From positions 425 to 64,424 of the forward strand of contig JACOUC010000048.1 of the NCBI GenBank assembly GCA_016178055.1: DNA of 64,000 nucleotides, in the 5' to 3' direction. Below are positions 8,573 to 16,156 of this stretch, in pieces (position 1 is the first letter of the stretch; each line of letters opens with the position of its first letter). Position numbers and translations under genes: made by a program. The notes beneath the pieces were generated by a model. It saw only the letters and a program-made list of their open reading frames with translations. It made no database searches and was not told where the DNA came from. The DNA comes from Chlamydiota bacterium (lineage in GTDB: Bacteria; Auribacterota; JACPWU01).

Positions 8573-9985
8573 ATGTTTGAGTCTTTAATCATTATGTTGC
8601 GAGAGGGGATTGAGGCCTCTCTTGTGATTGGAATTCTTTTGGGGAGTTTAAGAAAAATGGGGCGGATGGACCTTGCCCCTTTTGTTTATTATGGTTTAGG
8701 GTTGGCTCTTTTTGGGAGCATACTGGGTGCCGTGCTTCTTCAATTTTTTGTCGTGAGTGAAGAGATTTATGAAGGTTTTCTTTATCTTGGCGCTGCATTA
8801 TTTGTTTCGACCATGCTTTATTGGATGCTTCAGCATTCAAAGAAATTGAAGGGAGAGATTGAGCAAGCGGTTGAAAGAGCTACACAGGAAAAGGGGGCTC
8901 GATCTCAAAAGTGGGGACTTTTTGCGTTTACTTTTTTTATGGTCTTTAGAGAGGGGATTGAGGCCGTTCTTTTTTTAAGTGCGGTGGGCTTAACGACTGA
9001 AAAACTTTTATCATTGATCGGAGGTCTTTTAGGATTAGCTCTTGCCATTCTTTTTTGCGTCGCATTTGTCAAGGGAACGGTTAAAGTCGATTTAAATCGA
9101 TTTTTCAAGGTTAGCACCGTTGTTTTGGTTATTTTCATTGTTCAGCTTTTAATCAATGGATTTCATGAATTATCGGAAGCTCAGATTTTACCCGCAAGCC
9201 AGTGGGAAATGGCACTGATAGGTCCTGTGGTTAGAAATAATGCCTTGTTTATTTTGGCCATTTTAAGTATTCCAATTCTCATTTTTTTATTTCCCTCGCG
9301 TAAAAAAGAGGAAATTTCTGCTGATTTAGAGGGTCCTCAAAGACGACTTCTTTTAGCCAAATTAAAAGGACAAAAAAAATGGCGTTGGTTTTGGGCTTTT
9401 ACTTCTATCACGATTATGATTCTTTTAGGAACTCATGCGGTCTATTCAGGGCGTGGTCAGACGCTTGATCCACCTCTTTTGGTGAATGCAATGGGGGAAG
9501 AGATTCGCATTCCTTTTGAGGAGGTTTCGGATGAAAAGCTTCATCGATTTGCCTTTAAAGATGGAGAGACTCTGATTCGCTTTCTGGTTATCAAAACCGA
9601 AAAAGATCACTATCGAACGGCTTTTGATCTTTGTGAGATTTGTGGTGATTATGGTTACGTTCAAGAAGGGGAGAACGTGATTTGCCTTAATTGCACAGCA
9701 GCAATCTATCCGCCTACGATTGGGGTTCCCGGAGGCTGCAATCCTATTCCCCTTAAGTCAATTTTAGAGGGAGAGCAAATTGTGATTCGTAAAAGTGATT
9801 TGCGAGAGATGTCGGGTCGTTTTAAACAGAAAATGCTTCCACAAGTCGAATGTGAAATTTGCCGCATGAAACTTCATCTAGAAGAGGCTCATTCAATCGA
9901 AATTCAGGGTCGAACATTTTATTTATGCTCGATGGACTCGTGCAGGAAGGAGTTTGAGCGTCGTGCTTCTCAGAATACTCCGTGA
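8573..9985 (+). CDS. FTR1/EfeU-type iron permease fused to Cys-rich DUF2318-like domain and C-terminal YHS/TRASH-like domain
   Basis: Two REGIE (RExxE) motifs (LREGIEASL, FREGIEAVL) in a polytopic N-half. Then CEICGDYGY...ICLNC...GGCNPIP. Then CEICRMK...YLCSMDSCRKEF. Confidence 0.75.
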   Translation: MFESLIIMLREGIEASLVIGILLGSLRKMGRMDLAPFVYYGLGLALFGSILGAVLLQFFVVSEEIYEGFLYLGAALFVSTMLYWMLQHSKKLKGEIEQAVERATQEKGARSQKWGLFAFTFFMVFREGIEAVLFLSAVGLTTEKLLSLIGGLLGLALAILFCVAFVKGTVKVDLNRFFKVSTVVLVIFIVQLLINGFHELSEAQILPASQWEMALIGPVVRNNALFILAILSIPILIFLFPSRKKEEISADLEGPQRRLLLAKLKGQKKWRWFWAFTSITIMILLGTHAVYSGRGQTLDPPLLVNAMGEEIRIPFEEVSDEKLHRFAFKDGETLIRFLVIKTEKDHYRTAFDLCEICGDYGYVQEGENVICLNCTAAIYPPTIGVPGGCNPIPLKSILEGEQIVIRKSDLREMSGRFKQKMLPQVECEICRMKLHLEEAHSIEIQGRTFYLCSMDSCRKEFERRASQNTP

Positions 9986-11222
9986 GTCTTTTCTTCGGCG
10001 AAAACGTCGTAAGACCATTGGAATTTTAGCGGTTGCCTTGGGATCTAGTCTTGCAACGGCCCTCATCGGTATTTCCATTGAGATGGGGGATAAAATAGAG
10101 CAGCAATTAAAAGTTTATGGGTCCAATATCCGAGTTCATGCCGTCGAGCCCCCTCTAAAAAGGGAGTGGGGTCCTTCCCTGAAGGAAGCTTATCTTTCCC
10201 AGAAGGATCTTCCTAGAATCAAAGAAATTTTTTGGACGAATAATATTATTGATTTTGCACCTTTTTTATCACTTCCTGTGGATTGTCAAGGGAAACGCAT
10301 CTTTTTATATGGAACTTGGTTTTCAAAAGAACTTTCTAATCAGCAAAAAATGAAAACAGGAATTCAATCCCTATTCAAATTTTGGAAGGTTGAAGGAGCG
10401 TGGCCTCAAGATGATCAGGTTTTTCCCCAAGCCCTGATGGGAAAAGATTTGGCACGGGTTTTAAATATTCATGTGGGTGATCCCCTTTCTTTGAAGTATG
10501 AGGGAAAAGAACTGAGCGTTAAAGTGGTAGGCCTTCTGGATTCAGGGGAAGAATTTGATACGGCTATTTTGGTTGATTTGACTCAAGTTCAGGTCTTAAC
10601 AGGTCTTACGAATGCCATCCATGAAATTTTTGTGAGTGCACTGACGATTCCCTCAGATTCTCTTGAAAAGACTTTTCGAAAGAGCCCGACAGCACTTTCT
10701 CCCCAAGAATACGAACGTTGGTCTTGTTCCCCTTATGTTTCAAGTATTGCCCGTCAAATCCAAGAGGTTTTTCCTCATTCTGTGGCAGAGCCCATTTTAA
10801 CAGTGGTTCAAAGGGAGGGGTTGATCTTGAGCAAATTGAAGTTTCTCTTTATTTATATTTGCTTATCGGCTCTTCTAACGGCGGGCATTGGTTTTGCAAG
10901 CACCTTAATGGCCACAGTGGTAGAGAGACGTCAAGAAGTGGGCCTCTTACGTGCATTAGGGGCAAGTGTATGGAGTATTCTCCTCATTTTCCTTTCAGAA
11001 ATGTTGGTGATTGCCATTGTAGGATCCACTTTGGGGGGAATTTTAGGATATCTTTTAGGTCAAATGATTTCTTTTAGAATTTTTGAGACAGGTATTCATC
11101 CAAATCTTATTGTAGTTTTTGTGGTCGGGGGAGTGACTTTATTGATTTCCATTCTAGGAGGACTTTTTCCGTTAAGGACTTCTCTTAAATTAGATCCTGC
11201 GAGAGTGCTTCATGAAAATTAA
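9954..11222 (+). CDS. ABC transporter permease, FtsX/MacB type
   Basis: TM1, a large extracytoplasmic domain, three C-terminal TMs. Ends LKLDPARVLHEN. Start (TTG 9954 or GTG 9963) overlaps the upstream stop. Confidence 0.75.
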   Translation: MSVVLLRILRESFLRRKRRKTIGILAVALGSSLATALIGISIEMGDKIEQQLKVYGSNIRVHAVEPPLKREWGPSLKEAYLSQKDLPRIKEIFWTNNIIDFAPFLSLPVDCQGKRIFLYGTWFSKELSNQQKMKTGIQSLFKFWKVEGAWPQDDQVFPQALMGKDLARVLNIHVGDPLSLKYEGKELSVKVVGLLDSGEEFDTAILVDLTQVQVLTGLTNAIHEIFVSALTIPSDSLEKTFRKSPTALSPQEYERWSCSPYVSSIARQIQEVFPHSVAEPILTVVQREGLILSKLKFLFIYICLSALLTAGIGFASTLMATVVERRQEVGLLRALGASVWSILLIFLSEMLVIAIVGSTLGGILGYLLGQMISFRIFETGIHPNLIVVFVVGGVTLLISILGGLFPLRTSLKLDPARVLHEN

Positions 11223-12327
11223 GATGTTTATGAGGTTATGCTTTAAGGCCATGCTGCGTGGGAGAAACAAAACACTTTTACTCATGGGAGTTTCAATGAT
11301 GGCGGTTGCCGTGAGTACAAGCCTTCTTGGACTTATTGATGATATTCGTCTTCAGATGGAAAATGAATTAAAAGTTTTCGGGCCCAATTTTGTGATTCGT
11401 CCCTCTTTGGGATATGATCAAGAAGGAATTTCTCGAGGATGTTTTCCTTTTTTAAAGCGAAAGTTAAAGGAGGCCGAGGCGATCTATTCTCCTTGTCTTT
11501 TGGGAACGATGCAATTCAAAGGAGAACTTGTGGGGGTCATGGGATTGGAAATTGAATCCTATCAGAAATTTTCCCAAAGTTTTGATCTGGAGGGAAGATG
11601 GATTCTCCAACCTCGGGAAGCAATGATTGGGCAGGGCGTTGCTCAAAAATTCGAATTAAAATTAGGGGAACCATTTCAATGGGATGAATATGCTTCTTCT
11701 TTTCATGTCTGTGGAATTTTTCAATCAGGAGGGAAAGAAGATGAACAGATTATTTTAAGACTTTCAGAGGCTCAAGAGGTGATGGGTCAAAAAAATAAAG
11801 TATCCTCATTCTTAGCTCGGATTCCAGGCTCTTTAAAAGAATTAGAAGAGTTAGCGAGAAAAATTGAAGGGCGTTTTCCTTCTCTTAAGGCAAGTCCTAT
11901 TCGAAAAGTAGCTCTTTCTGAAGGAGAGATTCTAGATCGGATTGAAGGGCTTGTTTGGATGGTGACTTTGCTGATCTTTATCATGACAGGACTCACGCTG
12001 ATGGCAACTTCCAATGCACTGGTTTCAGAGCGCCGTCAAGAATTTGGGTTGTCTCGGGTTTTAGGTGCTTCTGGATTTCATTTGAGCCTTCTTTTTTATG
12101 TGCAAGCTCTTTTATCAAGTTGGACAGCTGCCCTGCCCGGATTTTTTCTTGGATTCTGGAGTTTAGACCAATTAGTTCAGAATCTTTTTTCAGTTCATGC
12201 CTCTTTTCGTTGGGAATTGGTTCCCGTGATTTTAGTGTTTATGCTGGTTGTTGTTCTTTTTGGGGGAAGTGTTGCTGTGAGAAGAATCATTAAGATTGAG
12301 CCTGCTATGGTTTTAAAAGGGGAGTAA
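11212..12327 (+). CDS. ABC transporter permease, FtsX/MacB type (second copy)
   Basis: Same architecture. Ends IKIEPAMVLKGE. Overlaps the upstream gene by 11 nt. Confidence 0.75.
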   Translation: MKIKMFMRLCFKAMLRGRNKTLLLMGVSMMAVAVSTSLLGLIDDIRLQMENELKVFGPNFVIRPSLGYDQEGISRGCFPFLKRKLKEAEAIYSPCLLGTMQFKGELVGVMGLEIESYQKFSQSFDLEGRWILQPREAMIGQGVAQKFELKLGEPFQWDEYASSFHVCGIFQSGGKEDEQIILRLSEAQEVMGQKNKVSSFLARIPGSLKELEELARKIEGRFPSLKASPIRKVALSEGEILDRIEGLVWMVTLLIFIMTGLTLMATSNALVSERRQEFGLSRVLGASGFHLSLLFYVQALLSSWTAALPGFFLGFWSLDQLVQNLFSVHASFRWELVPVILVFMLVVVLFGGSVAVRRIIKIEPAMVLKGE

Positions 12328-12453
12328 AATAAATTAAAAATCAAAACGCAAAAATCAAAATGACAAATTAAAATTCAAAAAAATAAATAGCTTTAAAAGT
12401 TTTTCATAAATCTCTACCATAATTTTGATTTTTGATGTTTGATTTTTGGATTT
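12328..12453. repeat. Heptamer-periodic hairpin element, AAAATCA flavour, subfamily 1 (A)
   Basis: Arms tcaaaac|gcaaaaa|tcaaaat|gacaaat and aattttg|atttttg|atgtttg|atttttg. Core aaaaaaataaatagctttaaaag (12377-12399). Shares gtttttcataaatctctaccataattttgat with 13526-13647 and 49932-50044. Confidence 0.85.
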
Positions 12454-12457
12454 TCTT

Positions 12458-13528
12458 ATGAACACACTTATTCATGCAAGGAAATTGACGCGGCGCTATG
12501 GGGATCAGGTTTTGGCCCTGGATCAAGTGGATCTTACTATTCATCAGGGGGAATGGCTGGCGATGATGGGGCCTTCAGGATCAGGGAAAACGACCTTGCT
12601 TAATTTGCTAGGCTGTTTGGATCAACCTACGGATGGAGAAATCTGGTTTGAGGGTAAGCTTACGACAGCTTTAGATCGAACAGAGCTTACCCGTTTTCGA
12701 AGAGAAAATGTGGGGTTTGTTTTTCAGCAATTTCATCTGGTGGATTATCTAACTGCTTTAGAAAATGTGATGGTGGCCCAGTATTATCACAGCATGGTGG
12801 ATGAAGAAGAAGCAAAAAGGGCCTTAACTGAGGTAGGATTGTCTGAGCGTCTTCATCATTATCCCTGTCAACTTTCTGGAGGAGAACAGCAAAGGGCCTG
12901 TATTGCCAGAGCTTTGATTAATCGTCCCAAACTGATTTTGGCTGATGAGCCTACGGGAAACCTGGATGAGAAGAGTGAAGAGGTGGTGCTGGACCTTTTT
13001 AGAAGTTTGCATAGAGAAGGTCATACCATTTTGATGGTGACCCACGATATCACCGTCGGTAAAATGGCCGATCGCCAAATCCAGCTTGAACATGGTAAAA
13101 TCATTGGTTCTTATCTCACTTCTCTTCAAGCCGAAGAGGATATCGAGAATCTCTTAAAAAAATTATGGGAATTAAAAGAGGAGGGCAAACTCTCTTATCA
13201 ATATTTAGAGAATGCTGATTTTCTGGATCATGCGGGAACATTAAAATATATGGGAATAAAAGGTCTGCTAGAGTTTTCCCCGGGGAAGGTTGCATTGACC
13301 GATGAGGGAGAGCGTCGAATGAAAGATGTGATTCGAAGACATCGACTGGCAGAGATCCTTTTTTCTCAAACCTTGCGGATGGATAAGGATCGCTCGGATA
13401 AGGAGGCGTGTCAATTCGAACATCTTCTTGATCCTGAAATGACGGAGAAGATTTGCTCTTTTCTTGAGCATCCGAAATTCTGTCCCCATGGCCGTTTGAT
13501 TCCACCGGGGGAATGCTGTAAAAAATAA
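12458..13528 (+). CDS. ABC transporter ATPase (MacB/LolD-like) fused to a complete DtxR/MntR-like metal-sensor module
   Basis: Walker A GPSGSGKTT, signature LSGGEQQR, Walker B LILADEPT. C-terminal ~140 aa reads IRRHRLAEILF...DKEACQFEHLLDPEMTEKI...CPHGRLIP and parallels DtxR (RKHRLAERLL...DEACRWEHVMSDEVERRL...PFGNPIP). Confidence 0.8.
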   Translation: MNTLIHARKLTRRYGDQVLALDQVDLTIHQGEWLAMMGPSGSGKTTLLNLLGCLDQPTDGEIWFEGKLTTALDRTELTRFRRENVGFVFQQFHLVDYLTALENVMVAQYYHSMVDEEEAKRALTEVGLSERLHHYPCQLSGGEQQRACIARALINRPKLILADEPTGNLDEKSEEVVLDLFRSLHREGHTILMVTHDITVGKMADRQIQLEHGKIIGSYLTSLQAEEDIENLLKKLWELKEEGKLSYQYLENADFLDHAGTLKYMGIKGLLEFSPGKVALTDEGERRMKDVIRRHRLAEILFSQTLRMDKDRSDKEACQFEHLLDPEMTEKICSFLEHPKFCPHGRLIPPGECCKK

Positions 13529-13647
13529 ATCAAAAATCAAAATGCAAATGTCAAAATGACAAATTAAAGTTCAAAAATCAAATGGTTTCGGAAGTTTTTC
13601 ATAAATCTCTACCATAATTTTGATTTTGATATTTAACTTTTGGATTT
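13526..13647. repeat. Heptamer-periodic hairpin element, AAAATCA flavour, subfamily 1 (B)
   Basis: Same orientation and centre as 12328-12453. Confidence 0.85.
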
Positions 13648-13669
13648 GTTTCTAGATAGAAAGGTCAAT

Positions 13670-14968
13670 ATGAAAAAAATGGAAAACGTCTATCAGAAAT
13701 TATGGACTCAGGCCCAATCGCTTATGCCGGGTGGGGTCAGCAGCCCGGTTCGCGCATTTCGTTCTGTTGGATTGGACCCTTTGATTGTTTCTCATGCAAA
13801 GGGATGTAAAATCTATGATGTAGAAGGGCGATGTTTTATCGATCTTGTGATGTCTTGGGGTCCGTTGATGTTGGGACATGCGGATCCAGAAGTGGTGCGT
13901 GAGGTTCAGAATGCCGTTCGTGAGGGCTCCACTTTTGGAGCTTTGTCAGAGAGAGAAATTAAACTTGCCCAGAAAATAAAAGAGGCGATACCTTCCATTG
14001 AGAAAATCAGGTTTGTTAATTCTGGGACCGAAGCGGCGATGACCGTGATTCGCTTGGCTCGTGCTTTTACGGGGCGATCTAAAATCATTAAGTTTGAAGG
14101 TTGTTATCATGGACACTCTGATTTTCTTTTGGCCAAGGCAGGTTCAGGGCTTGCGACTTACAGCCTGCCGGGAAGTTCAGGGGTTCCTGAAGAGGTTCTA
14201 AAATCGACATTGGTACTTGCTTACAATGATTTAGAAGCCCTCGAACGATCCTTCCATCGATTCCCAAATCAAATTGCAGCTGTTTTAGTCGAACCTATTG
14301 CAGCCAATATGGGGGTTGTTCCTCCTCGAGAGGGTTTTTTACAGGGTCTGCGCAGCTTGTGCAAACGATTTGGATGCCTGCTTATTTTTGACGAAGTGAT
14401 TACAGGATTTCGTGTCAGTTTTGGTGGGGCTCAGGGGCTTTACAAAGTTCAACCCGATTTGACCATTCTCGGTAAAATTATTGGAGGTGGGTTTCCTGTT
14501 GGCGCTGTGGGAGGGCGTGCAAAAATGATGGATCAATTAGCTCCCTCGGGTCCTGTTTATCAGGCAGGAACCCTTTCAGGAAATCCAGTGGCCATGGCAG
14601 CAGGCCTCCAAACACTTGAAATGTTACAGGGACAAAATCCTTACCGGAAGTTGGAGCACTTAGGGAGAGAATTGGAAGATGGGCTTTCTAAAATTCTTCA
14701 AATGAAGAAAATTCCATTCCGTCTCCATCGAATCGGTTCTTTGATGACACTCTTTTTCACAAGTCATGAGATTGAAAATTATGAGGATGTTTTGAAATCC
14801 GATTCTCAAAGGTTCAAACAATTTTTTAAAGAAATGTTCGAACAAGGTGTATTTCTTCCCCCTTCTCCTTTCGAAGCCTGGTTTTTGAGTCTGGCTCATT
14901 CTAAGTCAGATATTCAGAAGATTTTAAAAGCGGCTTCAAAAGCGTTGAATTTTAAGCCAAATTCATAA
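13670..14968 (+). CDS. hemL: Glutamate-1-semialdehyde 2,1-aminomutase
   Basis: MPGGVSSPVRAF N-terminus, class-III aminotransferase body, GKIIGGGFPVGA PLP-Lys region. Start chosen at ATG 13670, downstream of the repeat. Confidence 0.9.
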   Translation: MKKMENVYQKLWTQAQSLMPGGVSSPVRAFRSVGLDPLIVSHAKGCKIYDVEGRCFIDLVMSWGPLMLGHADPEVVREVQNAVREGSTFGALSEREIKLAQKIKEAIPSIEKIRFVNSGTEAAMTVIRLARAFTGRSKIIKFEGCYHGHSDFLLAKAGSGLATYSLPGSSGVPEEVLKSTLVLAYNDLEALERSFHRFPNQIAAVLVEPIAANMGVVPPREGFLQGLRSLCKRFGCLLIFDEVITGFRVSFGGAQGLYKVQPDLTILGKIIGGGFPVGAVGGRAKMMDQLAPSGPVYQAGTLSGNPVAMAAGLQTLEMLQGQNPYRKLEHLGRELEDGLSKILQMKKIPFRLHRIGSLMTLFFTSHEIENYEDVLKSDSQRFKQFFKEMFEQGVFLPPSPFEAWFLSLAHSKSDIQKILKAASKALNFKPNS

Positions 14969-15148
14969 GTTGTTCGTATTTGGACGATTATTTTCAGGAT
15001 AATTCAACAATAAAAATTGTAAAAATTATTCGTAACATCCCTCTTATTAATACTTTAAAAAATCGTTATTTTTTTAATATTTTTTTTTATCTTTTGCTTA
15101 TAAAGGGGGTCTATATCTATGGAGGGTGGGAGATAGGATGAGGAAGCC

Positions 15149-15292
15149 ATGTCAACCCGAGAATATATTTTGAACCAGGTAGAGATGATGAGAAAAGAAT
15201 GTAAGAAGCTTCATATTACCCCTGAAGAGTGGGTCATTCGATATGCCGAAAAATATCATGATGAGCATGTTTCAGAAGTTGCTTTATCATAA
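15149..15292 (+). CDS. Hypothetical 47-aa protein (below ORF-track cutoff)
   Basis: My translation: MSTREYILNQVEMMRKECKKLHITPEEWVIRYAEKYHDEHVSEVALS. gagga lies 4 nt upstream. No family recognised. Confidence 0.3.
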   Translation: MSTREYILNQVEMMRKECKKLHITPEEWVIRYAEKYHDEHVSEVALS

Positions 15293-15301
15293 ACTAATGA
15301 T

Positions 15302-16156
15302 CTATTTAAGAAGTTTCTTGTAAAGGGATCTTAAACTTTGGGTTAGGGGGCCGGGTTTTCCACTTCCAATCTTCTTTCCGTTGGATTCAACCCAGGGGAC
15401 AATTCCCATGAGGGCATTGGTAAGAAAGGCTTCATTGGCTTGAATAATCTCATCAGGGTGAATGGATCTTATCTCAGGTTTAAGATCCAAAGAGGGACAT
15501 CGTTCTAAAATAATTTTTCGTGTAATGCCACCCAAAATACCATCTTCCTGAGGAGGGGTGATCAGTTTCTTTCCTTGGATTAAGAAGAGATTACTGGCTG
15601 TTCCTTCGGTGACACCATTTTTTGTATTGAGGAAAATTCCTTCATCCACTTCTTTTTCGAGGGCCTCCATTCTTCCTAAAATATTATCGAGATAATTAAG
15701 CGATTTAATTTGTGAGAGGGGTGAAGTCTCATTTCTGCGGATGGGAAGTGTGAGGGTGCGATAGCCTCGTTCGTAAATTTCTTCACGAAAGGGGAGAAAT
15801 TTCCTACTAATAATGATGAGGTTAGGTTTCCCTGAAACGATAGGGGGGATAGACCCCATCCATTTTCCGCGTGTGACGCTTAGACGAATGTAACAATCAT
15901 CCAGTCCACTTTCCAAAACGGTTTTATTAATCAGAGAAAGAATTTCTTCCGGTTTCCAGGCGGGTTCAATTTTGAGAATTTCCATCCCATAGAAGAGTCT
16001 TTGGATATGAGCTTCAAGCCCGATCGCTTTTTCATTTATGAACCTGAGACTCTCAAAAATTCCATCTCCAAAGAAAAGTCCTCGGTCTAAAATCAATTCT
16101 GGAGCTTCATTTTCCTTGAAAAACCGGTTGTTGAAATAAATAAGATTTTGAGACAT
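15302..16156 (-). CDS. pabC: Class IV aminotransferase-fold protein, likely aminodeoxychorismate lyase
   Basis: FGDGIFESLR and the class-IV fold pattern. Sits immediately downstream of, and overlapping, the pabB-like gene. Confidence 0.7.
   Translation of the reverse strand: MSQNLIYFNNRFFKENEAPELILDRGLFFGDGIFESLRFINEKAIGLEAHIQRLFYGMEILKIEPAWKPEEILSLINKTVLESGLDDCYIRLSVTRGKWMGSIPPIVSGKPNLIIISRKFLPFREEIYERGYRTLTLPIRRNETSPLSQIKSLNYLDNILGRMEALEKEVDEGIFLNTKNGVTEGTASNLFLIQGKKLITPPQEDGILGGITRKIILERCPSLDLKPEIRSIHPDEIIQANEAFLTNALMGIVPWVESNGKKIGSGKPGPLTQSLRSLYKKLLK

Noticed and set aside
12446-12457. Upstream start codons that fall inside repeat elements (also 13640, 39140, 43403, 50027, 58874)
   Set aside because: These ORF-track starts are alternative codons within hairpin repeats. 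Downstream ATGs give N-termini matching the protein families and have better RBS spacing.
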